A stretch of 63,865 nucleotides of DNA, filler included, from Lama guanicoe (GCA_013239625.1; 206 parts of 206 records of this genome joined end to end with filler, not necessarily neighbours in it), one strand, 5' to 3'; positions 38,366 through 51,426 are shown, counted from the first letter of the whole stretch. The notes: generated from the sequence alone by a model not told the origin. A program made the numbers and translations.

Positions 38366-39709
38366 NNNNNNNNNNNNNNNNNNNNNNNNNNNNNNNNNNN
38401 NNNNNNNNNTTAATTAATTAANNNNNNNNNNNNNNNNNNNNNNNNNNNNNNNNNNNNNNNNNNNNTCGGGTTGGAACCACCAGGAGCTCAGTACCTGTAA
38501 CAGGGAGAGTGCCCGGTGTGGGGAGAGGTAGGTCATGGGACACTCTGGGGGCAGGGCCAGTGGTGTTGGGAAGACAGGGGATGCAGTGAAGGGTGGAGGG
38601 AGCAGGGTCCCTCGCTTGGGGGTGAGCGTTCTTGGGGAGACCACAGAGCATGGCACACACCATCCCCACCCCATACNNNNNNNNNNNNNNNNNNNNNNNN
38701 NNNNNNNNNNNNNNNNNNNNTTAATTAATTAANNNNNNNNNNNNNNNNNNNNNNNNNNNNNNNNNNNNNNNNNNNNAACCTTACGAGCGGGTCATATGAG
38801 TGCTGAATAAAATCACAATTGTCTGTACACATCCCAGATCAAGGCTCAGTTACATCCTGGGATAGAATTTTTGGCCCTGAGCGCTCAACTCTCCCTGCAT
38901 CCACACCCTTGCCACGTCTCTCTGTGGGCAGAGTGTACTGTCTCGTTCCCTGGCAGGGGGCGTCGGCCCATGGAATGGGCAGAAGGGNNNNNNNNNNNNN
39001 NNNNNNNNNNNNNNNNNNNNNNNNNNNNNNNTTAATTAATTAANNNNNNNNNNNNNNNNNNNNNNNNNNNNNNNNNNNNNNNNNNNNAATATTTTAAAGT
39101 CTGAAACTTCTGAAAAACATGAGGATGCTGAAAGTTTAAAAGCGAATCGGTAGAAAAGGGGAAGATATTAAAAACACAGATATTGAAAACAACAGTTCTC
39201 GTCCGTGGGGAGGTTATAAATTGCGTCTGTAAGAAATGGATAGATTCAGGAGAGGGGAGAACCTAAGTTACTGAGACATAAGACAAGCAACACAGCCGNN
39301 NNNNNNNNNNNNNNNNNNNNNNNNNNNNNNNNNNNNNNNNNNTTAATTAATTAANNNNNNNNNNNNNNNNNNNNNNNNNNNNNNNNNNNNNNNNNNNNGC
39401 TCCAAAAAAGCCCATTACTGGGACAGGACATTTTGTCCAGGAAGGGCGGGAAAAGGAGACATTGCCACGTGAAAAGACCGAATTCTGAGTTTAGGTCTGA
39501 ACGTCCCCATCACTGGAAGTGTCTGGCACTTCATTCAGCAACTCATTCCGAAAAGCTTTGCTGGCTTTGATAAGTATGTGGAATTGTGTCCTTGTCTACT
39601 CATCACCACNNNNNNNNNNNNNNNNNNNNNNNNNNNNNNNNNNNNNNNNNNNNTTAATTAATTAANNNNNNNNNNNNNNNNNNNNNNNNNNNNNNNNNNN
39701 NNNNNNNNN

Positions 39710-39860
39710 ACATGCTTTAGGTTATTTAGACTGTACCACAGCCCTCTGCGGTGAATACCTTTATTGTTACCATTTTATAAGTGAGGAAATGGAGACTGAG
39801 AGGCAGCTGAGCGTTCTGCCCGAGGTTGCGTAAGCGCGAGAGCCAGGCCGGTCCCAGACC
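39710..39860. mobile_element. MIR SINE
   Basis: cacagccctctgcggtga...ccattttataagtgaggaaatggagactgagagg...ctgcccgaggt. Confidence 0.75.
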
Positions 39861-40331
39861 CGCGGACTCCGCGCCCTCCGGGCCTCACTGGGACGAAGCT
39901 GGCAGCGGCTGGGATGCTCCNNNNNNNNNNNNNNNNNNNNNNNNNNNNNNNNNNNNNNNNNNNNTTAATTAATTAANNNNNNNNNNNNNNNNNNNNNNNN
40001 NNNNNNNNNNNNNNNNNNNNACTTCGGACCCTTAAGGGCAAGAGCGCTCCTGTAAGAGCTGCAGGACCTCGACCCAGGTCACGATGCAATGCTGCCTCCG
40101 TCAGTGGGTACCAGACATGGGAAAGCACACGCCACACTTGGGAGAGCAGCGCTCCTGTGCTAAGCTTGCTGAGCCGTTTGCGTCACCGGGAGCCCTGCAC
40201 TGGAAAGTCAGTGAACAGGGACCCTCGGTGGNNNNNNNNNNNNNNNNNNNNNNNNNNNNNNNNNNNNNNNNNNNNTTAATTAATTAANNNNNNNNNNNNN
40301 NNNNNNNNNNNNNNNNNNNNNNNNNNNNNNN

Positions 40332-40542
40332 TACAAAAACAGACATACAGATCAATGGAACAGAACAGAGAGCCCAGAAACCCACAAACTTTTGGTCAAT
40401 TAATCTTTGACAAAGTAGGCAAGAATGTGTAGTGGAGTAAAGACAGTCTCTTCAGCAAATGGGGTTGGGAAAACTGGACAACTGCATGTAAATCAATGAA
40501 GTTAGAGCACTCCCTCACACTTTACACAAAAATGAACTCAAA
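40332..40542 (+). mobile_element. LINE-1 ORF2 fragment
   Basis: aaaaacagacatacagatcaatggaacagaacagagagcccagaaa...ctcttcagcaaatggggttgggaaaactgg. Confidence 0.95.
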
Positions 40543-41575
40543 NNNNNNNNNNNNNNNNNNNNNNNNNNNNNNNNNNNNNNNNNNNNTTAATTAATTAANN
40601 NNNNNNNNNNNNNNNNNNNNNNNNNNNNNNNNNNNNNNNNNNGGGAAAGACCCACTGAGCATCACTAAGTACACAAGTGTACACATAAAGGTCGATGACT
40701 CCTCCCTGAGTGTAGTGAGCTGCATAACAAACCCGATTGCCTAGATCTTCCGTATTTCCCATAGGTCCACCTAGACGACACTGATTCTCCTCCAGAGTTA
40801 CCTATATCCCTATATCCTTCTCCCATACTAGAGGTCCCGTCTGGGAAAGACACNNNNNNNNNNNNNNNNNNNNNNNNNNNNNNNNNNNNNNNNNNNNTTA
40901 ATTAATTAANNNNNNNNNNNNNNNNNNNNNNNNNNNNNNNNNNNNNNNNNNNNATCATTCACTCTTTTATGAAAGAAAATGGAAAATCCCTTTATTCTGA
41001 TTCAAGACTCTCGTCCGTGAGATTACATAGCCTCTCTGCAGTGATGCGGTTATCTGACCATGCTTGCCCTTTCTCTTCTTCTGAGACAGGAAAGAAAGGG
41101 GTCTAAGTGATGCGTGTGTGTGTTTAATGAATATCTGACTTTGGCTGAGACCACCCTCTTTCTTNNNNNNNNNNNNNNNNNNNNNNNNNNNNNNNNNNNN
41201 NNNNNNNNTTAATTAATTAANNNNNNNNNNNNNNNNNNNNNNNNNNNNNNNNNNNNNNNNNNNNACCTCAATGACTTTATTATATCCTCCAGAAAAGATA
41301 AAGAGGAAAGAATGTGAAGTGAAGCAAAATTTATTATGACGTAGTTTTGGGTTTGAATTCTGCTTTTGTGAAAACTAAAATGAGCAATTTGGGTCTTCTG
41401 AATCTGTTTCCTTATATAAAACTTGGGTATACCCCCACCTCAATTGTGGTTTATAAAACTTTCTTTCATGATTAGNNNNNNNNNNNNNNNNNNNNNNNNN
41501 NNNNNNNNNNNNNNNNNNNTTAATTAATTAANNNNNNNNNNNNNNNNNNNNNNNNNNNNNNNNNNNNNNNNNNNN

Positions 41576-41786
41576 ATGGACTTGGAGAAAATATTTGCAA
41601 ATGATGAGACTTAAAAGGGCTTAACTTCCATAATATACAAATATCCCATATAACAGCAATAACAACAACAACAACAAACTTTTAACCAAAAAGATAAATA
41701 AATAAATAAAAGTGCCAAAGATCTAAGTAGACATTTCTCCAAAGAAGACATACAGATGGCCAAAAGGCACCTGAAAAATGCTTAAT
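41576..41786 (+). mobile_element. LINE-1 ORF2 3' fragment
   Basis: ggagaaaatatttgcaaatgat...agacatttctccaaagaagacatacagatggccaaaaggcac. Confidence 0.92.
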
Positions 41787-41954
41787 NNNNNNNNNNNNNN
41801 NNNNNNNNNNNNNNNNNNNNNNNNNNNNNNTTAATTAATTAANNNNNNNNNNNNNNNNNNNNNNNNNNNNNNNNNNNNNNNNNNNNCTTTGCAATAAACA
41901 AAGACTATAACAACTGAATGTCAATATGCAAAAAGCAAAAGTTGATCTTGCCTT

Positions 41955-42097
41955 TGCAAAGGAGGAAAAATCTTTTCCTCTACCATCTTAGGTTATCCAG
42001 TAGTGGCCCTGTAAAGGAGACTGGCCAGAAAAACAGGTTAATAAGAGGAAAACAAACAAGTTTAATAACATGTGCATAGCACCTACAAATGGGAGTA
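41955..42097. mobile_element. ERV LTR-like fragment
   Basis: ggaaaaatcttttcctctaccatcttaggtt...ttaataagaggaaaacaaacaagtttaataacatgt, a recalled LTR pattern. Confidence 0.5.
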
Positions 42098-42619
42098 NNN
42101 NNNNNNNNNNNNNNNNNNNNNNNNNNNNNNNNNNNNNNNNNTTAATTAATTAANNNNNNNNNNNNNNNNNNNNNNNNNNNNNNNNNNNNNNNNNNNNACA
42201 TCCAGAGAGCGGGAGTGTTCATGAGTGGGTGATCGTAAGTGGGGCACTAGGGAACGATGCATGTCTCATGATGACACTAGACCGCGTCAGCCCGGGAAGC
42301 TCCCAGCTCTAAAATGCCGTGCTCTGTGTGGTCACAGAGACGTGTTCCGTCAGACTCTCGGGCTGGGCAAACCGGTCAACACAGGACTTCTGGTTCTAAC
42401 TCACATGGNNNNNNNNNNNNNNNNNNNNNNNNNNNNNNNNNNNNNNNNNNNNTTAATTAATTAANNNNNNNNNNNNNNNNNNNNNNNNNNNNNNNNNNNN
42501 NNNNNNNNCATCTATGTTAACAGCATCGGTCCCGTGTCCTCAATAAACATGGTAAGACGCTGGTTTCTTTTCTGACCTGACGGTCTTTCTGTCTGTTCTT
42601 GCTCGCGTCCTCACCGTGA

Positions 42620-42694
42620 GTTTCCGTCCGAGATTGATCGTGTGGTTTTAAACTCATGGGTTTCCGTCCAAGATTGATCGTGTGGTTTTAAACT
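42620..42694 (+). repeat. 35-bp direct repeat, period 40
   Basis: gtttccgtcc(g/a)agattgatcgtgtggttttaaact at 42620-42654 and 42660-42694, with 1 mismatch. Confidence 0.95.
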
Positions 42695-44073
42695 TACAAT
42701 TGGCTTCTTAAACCTGTGGNNNNNNNNNNNNNNNNNNNNNNNNNNNNNNNNNNNNNNNNNNNNTTAATTAATTAANNNNNNNNNNNNNNNNNNNNNNNNN
42801 NNNNNNNNNNNNNNNNNNNTATATATTTCCCTGTGATATACAGTATAATCTTGTTTATTTATTCTGCATTTTGAAATCCCAGTCCCTTCTTTTTCTTTTT
42901 AAAAAAGAACCCTATTTTTCCTTAATGGAAGCAACATCTTCTCTTATAGCTCTGAGTGTACTCATTCAATGTTATTTTCAAGTTTTCTTCTGAGTCCTGC
43001 ATTATCTCTATTTTCTTTAGATTTTTTTTTNNNNNNNNNNNNNNNNNNNNNNNNNNNNNNNNNNNNNNNNNNNNTTAATTAATTAANNNNNNNNNNNNNN
43101 NNNNNNNNNNNNNNNNNNNNNNNNNNNNNNGGCAGCTGTGTCCCTCCCGCCACGCTGACATTTCCAGCCCTGTGACCTTGAACAGTTCACTTCTTTGAAC
43201 ATAAATTTCCTCCGTGATACGTACTTTGAGGAAGATAATCCTAAGCTACCACATCGGGATATTGTGAAAGTGGAGTGGAACGTTGTGTGTGCGAATGCAT
43301 TTTATAAATTACAAAGTGCTATGAAAATTACATTAGTCCGCNNNNNNNNNNNNNNNNNNNNNNNNNNNNNNNNNNNNNNNNNNNNTTAATTAATTAANNN
43401 NNNNNNNNNNNNNNNNNNNNNNNNNNNNNNNNNNNNNNNNNGTTTAGAACTTAAGTCATAACTTCTGACTTAACTGCATTATATTTCCTTCCTACTGTTG
43501 AGAAATACTTACTTCTCAACAGTAAATGGCTGCTAAATTAAATATACCAATTCATTACTGGGATACTGTCATAGTGGGATTATTAAAGGATATACTTAAT
43601 TCATACAATCATCCAGCAAATGAGCATTAAGGGAATGTCAGAAGTACATTACNNNNNNNNNNNNNNNNNNNNNNNNNNNNNNNNNNNNNNNNNNNNTTAA
43701 TTAATTAANNNNNNNNNNNNNNNNNNNNNNNNNNNNNNNNNNNNNNNNNNNNTCATCTTTGGCCAGTGTCTCAGCTGATCTAAGGTTGCCTGCCTGGTAG
43801 AGTGAGCCAGACCTTCTTTATCTAGATTTGATTTGCTTTACCTCCATGAGGACATAGTTGCTGTAAATGCCAAGATACCATTATCACCTGATACAAAACA
43901 CCAGGCGGTGCATCAGTGAAGTTTGTGACTATTCCTTCCTGCCTCCACTATACAGAAGTGACCNNNNNNNNNNNNNNNNNNNNNNNNNNNNNNNNNNNNN
44001 NNNNNNNTTAATTAATTAANNNNNNNNNNNNNNNNNNNNNNNNNNNNNNNNNNNNNNNNNNNNAGGAGGGGTG

Positions 44074-44283
44074 GGAAGGGATAATCTGGGAGTTTGAGAT
44101 TTGCAGATACTAAACTACTATATGTAAAATAGATTAAAAAAACAAGTTTCTACTGTATAGTACAAGGAACTATATTCAATATCTTGTAGTAGCTTACAGT
44201 GGAAAAAGAATATGAAAAAATATATATGTTCCTATATGTCTAAAGTATTGTGCTGTACACCAGAAATTGACACNNNNNNNNNN
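44074..44283 (+). mobile_element. LINE-1 3' UTR fragment
   Basis: gggagtttgagatttgcagatactaaactactatatgtaaaatagat...ctgtatagtacaaggaactatattcaatatcttgt...tgctgtacaccagaaattgacac. Confidence 0.92.
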
Positions 44284-45928
44284 NNNNNNNNNNNNNNNNN
44301 NNNNNNNNNNNNNNNNNTTAATTAATTAANNNNNNNNNNNNNNNNNNNNNNNNNNNNNNNNNNNNNNNNNNNNATAGTTACAGAACTCTCTTTAATTCTT
44401 CCACAATAGGGAAGAGAAGGGAATAAGACAGGTTTTACAAGGCCATCCATCAAATAATCAAAAAAAGAACAAGCCATATCTCAAATGCAGGGAATCTGGG
44501 AATGAAGAATGCCATGGTAACAAAATCCATCTGATAATAAAACAGCACTCTTGAGAATTTTTTAATAGCTGAATTCAATTTTCCNNNNNNNNNNNNNNNN
44601 NNNNNNNNNNNNNNNNNNNNNNNNNNNNTTAATTAATTAANNNNNNNNNNNNNNNNNNNNNNNNNNNNNNNNNNNNNNNNNNNNAAAGGCCACCATCTCA
44701 AATCGCCTGGCAGATTCCAGGGAGAGAGGAAGCCTCTCGTCCGTTCTGCGTTCTGTGAGATTCCGGTCCAAGATGCTCACCAAACCTGTCCATTTTTTTC
44801 ACATGGGATGCTTGCTATTTGCAGGTATCTGATTGAATTTCCAGCAGCTGCTTAGCAGGTCATTTCATTTGTCAGGTAGACGAAGGTAATGAGAANNNNN
44901 NNNNNNNNNNNNNNNNNNNNNNNNNNNNNNNNNNNNNNNTTAATTAATTAANNNNNNNNNNNNNNNNNNNNNNNNNNNNNNNNNNNNNNNNNNNNAGAAT
45001 GAAACTGCTGAATCATATAGTAAGTGTAACTTTTTAAGAACTAGCATAAAACTTAATAAACAGAAACCTCAATTAAAATTGAGTTGGGAGGCCAGAAACG
45101 AGAGTGCTTATGCCTAATAGCAGAGCCTAACAGGAAGAAGAAATAATTTTATTCCTTACCTGGCAGGGGCTCAGCCAGTGAAAGACTGTCATACCTGAGT
45201 CAATGANNNNNNNNNNNNNNNNNNNNNNNNNNNNNNNNNNNNNNNNNNNNTTAATTAATTAANNNNNNNNNNNNNNNNNNNNNNNNNNNNNNNNNNNNNN
45301 NNNNNNATGTTGTGTGACTTCAGCCACTGAGCACGAGCACCTGCTGTCCCTCCAAATGTTCTGCCTCCCTTGCTGAGAGTCCTGAAGGTCACTGCCTCTT
45401 GTAAAATTCTACATTACAGATCATATATTTTCAAAAGGTATAAATTTGTGAAAGCCTTCCGTTGTTTCTGTAAAATGGGGGGTACTTGCCTTTGCTCATT
45501 TCAGGCTAAACTAACTCNNNNNNNNNNNNNNNNNNNNNNNNNNNNNNNNNNNNNNNNNNNNTTAATTAATTAANNNNNNNNNNNNNNNNNNNNNNNNNNN
45601 NNNNNNNNNNNNNNNNNTTCCCATTTCCCTCCCGTCCACCTCCGCTGACACCCAGGCTGGCTTGTTGTAAGTGAAATGAAGAAAAAAGGTAAAACTCAGC
45701 AGGGCACAACTATACATCTGGTAAAGGAGCTCCTCAACCAGTGGTTGTTGCTGCCATCTTCATCAATATTGTGAATAAACTTAATAAATTGGCATCTTGA
45801 GCCATGAAAGGACTTGCTCAAGAGGACANNNNNNNNNNNNNNNNNNNNNNNNNNNNNNNNNNNNNNNNNNNNTTAATTAATTAANNNNNNNNNNNNNNNN
45901 NNNNNNNNNNNNNNNNNNNNNNNNNNNN

Positions 45929-46139
45929 ATGTATAATATACATTGTATTATATACAATTATATGTATAACACACATTGCATGTATAACATTCTATAATGT
46001 ATAATGTATATTAGATAATTACATATATTATATACAATTGTATGTATATATTACATGTATAACATATAACATCTACTATATACTTACACGTGTTATATAT
46101 AATTATATGCATTATATATTATACAAATATATATGTTAT
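45929..46139. repeat. AT-rich low-complexity / degenerate (TA)n repeat
   Basis: Almost entirely tata/tgta/taca motifs. Confidence 0.95.
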
Positions 46140-47172
46140 NNNNNNNNNNNNNNNNNNNNNNNNNNNNNNNNNNNNNNNNNNNNTTAATTAATTAANNNNN
46201 NNNNNNNNNNNNNNNNNNNNNNNNNNNNNNNNNNNNNNNTGTCTATGAAGAATTATCAAGTAAGTTAGAGTTAAAAATATATGTGGACAATGAATCTTTA
46301 AAACCACATTGAAAATGTTTCTTCTATGAATAGCACTACTCATCAAATTGAATATAATCTATTGACTTGTGTTCAGAATATATTTAGATTCACTAAATAT
46401 GTATATAATGCAAAACATTCCTACTGTTAATACCCAAAAGCAATGAAAAANNNNNNNNNNNNNNNNNNNNNNNNNNNNNNNNNNNNNNNNNNNNTTAATT
46501 AATTAANNNNNNNNNNNNNNNNNNNNNNNNNNNNNNNNNNNNNNNNNNNNCTTTTATTTGTGTAAACATGATTAATGGAGCATAAATAGATTTGGTCTTG
46601 ATAAACACCAACATATCCAGTTACATTGCCTTCTGATTCTCCATCCGTCAGTCCTTTAGAGACTCCCTTCCAACTCTCCTGATGCCTCTCTGGTTCCTCC
46701 ACTTAAACATTGCTTATACAACCCAGTCATACTGAATAACTTAGGTTTGCAAACCGGGAAANNNNNNNNNNNNNNNNNNNNNNNNNNNNNNNNNNNNNNN
46801 NNNNNTTAATTAATTAANNNNNNNNNNNNNNNNNNNNNNNNNNNNNNNNNNNNNNNNNNNNCAAAGACTGAACTTCAGAGAATCCTTCTCAACCCAACAG
46901 TCCAGGCTGCTATCACCAATTAGAGTTGGCAAGTGGTTTTAAACTTATTTGCTAGCCCTATGGTAGAGAGAAAGAAAGAAAAAAAGAAGAGCAGATAGGA
47001 AAGTAACATTTACTAAGCACCGCGTACCACGTAGTGGCATATTGGAGGGCGGGGAAGTCTGCCCCGAGGAGANNNNNNNNNNNNNNNNNNNNNNNNNNNN
47101 NNNNNNNNNNNNNNNNTTAATTAATTAANNNNNNNNNNNNNNNNNNNNNNNNNNNNNNNNNNNNNNNNNNNN

Positions 47173-47383
47173 CAATCTACAAATTTAATGTGATCCCTAT
47201 CAAATTACCCAGGACATTTTTTACAGAATTAGAACAAATAATCCTAAAATTTATATGAAATTACAAAAGACCCAGAATTGCCAAATCAGTACTGAAGGAA
47301 AAGAATGAAGCTGGAGGAATAAACTTCCCAGACATCAGACAATACTACAGAGCTACAGTAATCAAAACAGCATGATATTGGCA
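47173..47383 (+). mobile_element. LINE-1 ORF2 fragment
   Basis: caatctacaaatttaatgtgatccctatcaaattacc...gctggaggaataaacttcccagac...tactacagagctacagtaatcaaaacagcatg. Confidence 0.95.
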
Positions 47384-48727
47384 NNNNNNNNNNNNNNNNN
47401 NNNNNNNNNNNNNNNNNNNNNNNNNNNTTAATTAATTAANNNNNNNNNNNNNNNNNNNNNNNNNNNNNNNNNNNNNNNNNNNNAGGGCATGACTGAGGCA
47501 GAGCAGCCCTGTAGGATCCACCAGTCCCACCTTGTCATTTTACAGATGGGAAGACTGAGGCTCAGTGTTGGGAGGAACTTGCCCAAGGCTTGTGGTCTTC
47601 CTTCAACCCGGAATTCTCCCCACAATAAAGTCTCCTGGGGCCTGCCTGGGCTCCTGGGGCTCCTGCTTAGGGCTCAGAGCTACTTCAGGTGGGANNNNNN
47701 NNNNNNNNNNNNNNNNNNNNNNNNNNNNNNNNNNNNNNTTAATTAATTAANNNNNNNNNNNNNNNNNNNNNNNNNNNNNNNNNNNNNNNNNNNNAAGAAA
47801 TTGTGCTAAAACTCAGAACAGCGAGACTGTGGTATTTGAACCATGGCCCACTCCCTCCCTCCTCCCGCTCAGCGGAAATGATGAGAATGTCATTCCACAT
47901 GGTGCAGCCTCAAACACAGGGCTCCCTCTCCTCCCACTCCCAGCTGGAGAGCTACAGGATCTTCCCAGGAGGAACAGGATCTCAGTGTTTCTCATCCTGC
48001 CCGCANNNNNNNNNNNNNNNNNNNNNNNNNNNNNNNNNNNNNNNNNNNNTTAATTAATTAANNNNNNNNNNNNNNNNNNNNNNNNNNNNNNNNNNNNNNN
48101 NNNNNAGGAGACTGATCACCTTCTCCAGGCTCCCAGTCTGATGGTATTACGGACGGGGAGATCAGGTTAGATTAGGTTAGATTACGGACGCATCGGTGAT
48201 AGGGAGGGGAATGTGCAAATAATCTCCGTGTGTTTGTGGAAGTGTGTGTGCAGTCTGAAAAGCATGTAATCAGATTCAAGTTTGTAGCCCCACGGCACTC
48301 TGCTACAGAGTTCGAGNNNNNNNNNNNNNNNNNNNNNNNNNNNNNNNNNNNNNNNNNNNNTTAATTAATTAANNNNNNNNNNNNNNNNNNNNNNNNNNNN
48401 NNNNNNNNNNNNNNNNTGAAGTTCAGAGTCTGACAGTGATGGGGACGTGTGTGTGTGATGCAGGGTGAGGTGGCGCAGGTCGGTCTGGGGCCCTGACGTG
48501 CTGCTGCCACGTGGCGGGAGCAGCGTGGACAGCTGGTGCCTCAGTGGCCTCGTCTGCCTCGTCGAGTCTGGCCTCGTCGTTCTCAGGGCTCCTGTCAGTG
48601 AAGCAGACAGAGCACGTGCCCGGGCTCNNNNNNNNNNNNNNNNNNNNNNNNNNNNNNNNNNNNNNNNNNNNTTAATTAATTAANNNNNNNNNNNNNNNNN
48701 NNNNNNNNNNNNNNNNNNNNNNNNNNN

Positions 48728-48938
48728 GGAGGAGGAGGATGTGGTGGAGGAGGAGGAGGAGGATGTGGAGGAGGAGCAGGAGGAGGATGTGGAGGAGGAG
48801 GAGGATGTGGAGGAGGTGGAATAGGAGGAGGAGGTGGAGAAGGAGGAGGCGGAGGAGGAGGAGGTGGAGAAGGAGGAGGAGGTGGAGAAGTAGGAGGAGG
48901 AGGAGGTGGAGGAGGAGGAGGAGGAGGAGGAGGAGGAG
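48728..48938 (+). repeat. Imperfect (GGA)n microsatellite
   Basis: The whole contig is GGA repeats with TGT/GGT/GAA interruptions. Confidence 0.98.
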
Positions 48939-49660
48939 NNNNNNNNNNNNNNNNNNNNNNNNNNNNNNNNNNNNNNNNNNNNTTAATTAATTAANNNNNN
49001 NNNNNNNNNNNNNNNNNNNNNNNNNNNNNNNNNNNNNNCGCAGCACTTACCCGGACCCCCAGGGCACCTGCACGCGTGCCAAGGTTGGACGCGCCACCCT
49101 AATGCTCCTTCATCTCAGAGGAGGAAACAGCCAAGCGGCTCAGCTGAGCCCCCAGAACTTATGTTTGGTGTAGCGGGCGTGAGCCTAGTCTCCCGACTTC
49201 GAGCTCTTTCCACCACTCGGGGCCCCTTGGTTCTTGCAGGCTCCAACCANNNNNNNNNNNNNNNNNNNNNNNNNNNNNNNNNNNNNNNNNNNNTTAATTA
49301 ATTAANNNNNNNNNNNNNNNNNNNNNNNNNNNNNNNNNNNNNNNNNNNNTTTTTAAGAGAATCAGGAAGACGTGAACCAAGTCCGAAAAGGCATAAAGGT
49401 CAGAATAGGTAGAAAGGAAGAGGGAGACTGTTCTGGGCAGAGAGCTGCTTGTGAATATAGGAAAGGCAGCGGGATATGTCCCCTTGTGTCCCTGGAGGCC
49501 AGGAGGCTGACTGGAGTGGGAATTAAGTCGGGACCAGATAGGACTGCAACAGGCAGAGGTNNNNNNNNNNNNNNNNNNNNNNNNNNNNNNNNNNNNNNNN
49601 NNNNTTAATTAATTAANNNNNNNNNNNNNNNNNNNNNNNNNNNNNNNNNNNNNNNNNNNN

Positions 49661-49775
49661 TGGGCACTGAGGTGGATTTAATTCTTGGAAAAAGCCAGAG
49701 GTCATTCAGCGCAAAGGTCTGATGAAATAAGATGATCAAACCATGCAGTAGAGTTTTGCTGGAAGCAATAAACGT
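49661..49775 (-). mobile_element. Mariner transposase fossil (MARNA-like)
   Basis: Minus strand reads ALNDLWLFPRIKST, similar to the mariner motif YSPDLAPxDFWLFPKIK, with an apparent frameshift upstream. Confidence 0.7.
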
Positions 49776-50009
49776 GATGATGATGATGATGATGACGACC
49801 AAGAGGAGGAGGAGGAGGAATGACTGAAGGAAAAATTCTAGTTTCCTCGTGTCGCACGACAGGTACGAAAANNNNNNNNNNNNNNNNNNNNNNNNNNNNN
49901 NNNNNNNNNNNNNNNTTAATTAATTAANNNNNNNNNNNNNNNNNNNNNNNNNNNNNNNNNNNNNNNNNNNNGCTAAGTTCAGCCCCGCGTGTTACAGATC
50001 TTGAAGGAG

Positions 50010-50182
50010 GACACGCACAGGCCTTGAAATCAGACAGCCCTGGGCTCTCCCACTTACATACTCATAGGACCTTAGGCAGCATAACTGGGCTTCTTAAAGC
50101 CTCAGCTTCCTTATCTGTAAATTGGAGATATACTGACATTTTCTGGCAGATGGAGATTTAATGAGCTAAACTGCCTGAAGCA
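50010..50182. mobile_element. MIR SINE
   Basis: ccttgaaatcagacagccctggg...gaccttaggca...agcctcagcttccttatctgtaaattggagata. Confidence 0.75.
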
Positions 50183-51215
50183 NNNNNNNNNNNNNNNNNN
50201 NNNNNNNNNNNNNNNNNNNNNNNNNNTTAATTAATTAANNNNNNNNNNNNNNNNNNNNNNNNNNNNNNNNNNNNNNNNNNNNGAGACTTTGAAGCAATAT
50301 TCAATTTTCAATGGTTAGCAGTGAGTACTGGAGGGACAGAAAGAGGTGTATGACTTCTCTTCTTCTAAACCGATGTTCATTTCATTTAAAATACACTTTA
50401 TACATAAAATTAAATATCATTCATTGAATGTTACTCATCAAAACGGTAAGCTATGACTTTTATGTACTCCCTTGTTATCCTTCCAATCTCAAANNNNNNN
50501 NNNNNNNNNNNNNNNNNNNNNNNNNNNNNNNNNNNNNTTAATTAATTAANNNNNNNNNNNNNNNNNNNNNNNNNNNNNNNNNNNNNNNNNNNNGAAGCCA
50601 GAGAAGAGTTTTAAGCAGGAGAATGGAATGCATTTTAGAAAAATCTCTGATATATATTTTTGAAGTTTCACTTTGACAGCTGAGTTGAAATGTATTAGAG
50701 TAAGGCAAGCATTGATATTGGGACATGGGTTCAGGGCCTGAGATGTGGTGCATGTAGATCAGTTTGAAATGGTGGAAATGGACAGAAGAGAACAGGAGTT
50801 GGTGNNNNNNNNNNNNNNNNNNNNNNNNNNNNNNNNNNNNNNNNNNNNTTAATTAATTAANNNNNNNNNNNNNNNNNNNNNNNNNNNNNNNNNNNNNNNN
50901 NNNNAGACCAGCAGGATCCCAACTCAGGCGATCACAGAACACACCATGCAGAAAGGTGGGCGCACCCTGGAACCTAGTTGGGGCCACCTGCCAGGGGGTG
51001 AACCTGGACAAGGTGACAGGCCAACCCAGCCCTTCCTTCTCGAGAGGGAGGTGAAAGCAGGGATTCAAGCACTCTATCCAGCTCGCTCCTGGGACGATGG
51101 TGCAGGATTTCTATCNNNNNNNNNNNNNNNNNNNNNNNNNNNNNNNNNNNNNNNNNNNNTTAATTAATTAANNNNNNNNNNNNNNNNNNNNNNNNNNNNN
51201 NNNNNNNNNNNNNNN

Positions 51216-51426
51216 TTTCTTTGGGAAAAATACCCAGAAATGGAATTTCTGGATCCTATGGTAGTTCTTTTTTTTTTAATTTTTTGAGGAACCTCCATAT
51301 TCTTTTCCATAGCAGCTGTACCAATTTACATTCCTATCGGTAGTGCACAAGGGTTCCCTTTTCTCCACATCCTTGACAATACTTATTTCTTCTATTTTAA
51401 TAAAAGCTACTCTGACAGGTGTGAGG
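51216..51426 (-). mobile_element. LINE-1 ORF2 3' fragment
   Basis: tacccagaaatggaatttctggatcctatggtagttc...gaggaacctccatat...gggttcccttttctccacatcc. Confidence 0.92.

Noticed and set aside
48739..48990. Protamine-like Arg-rich protein
   Set aside because: It is simply the translation of a (GGA)n microsatellite.
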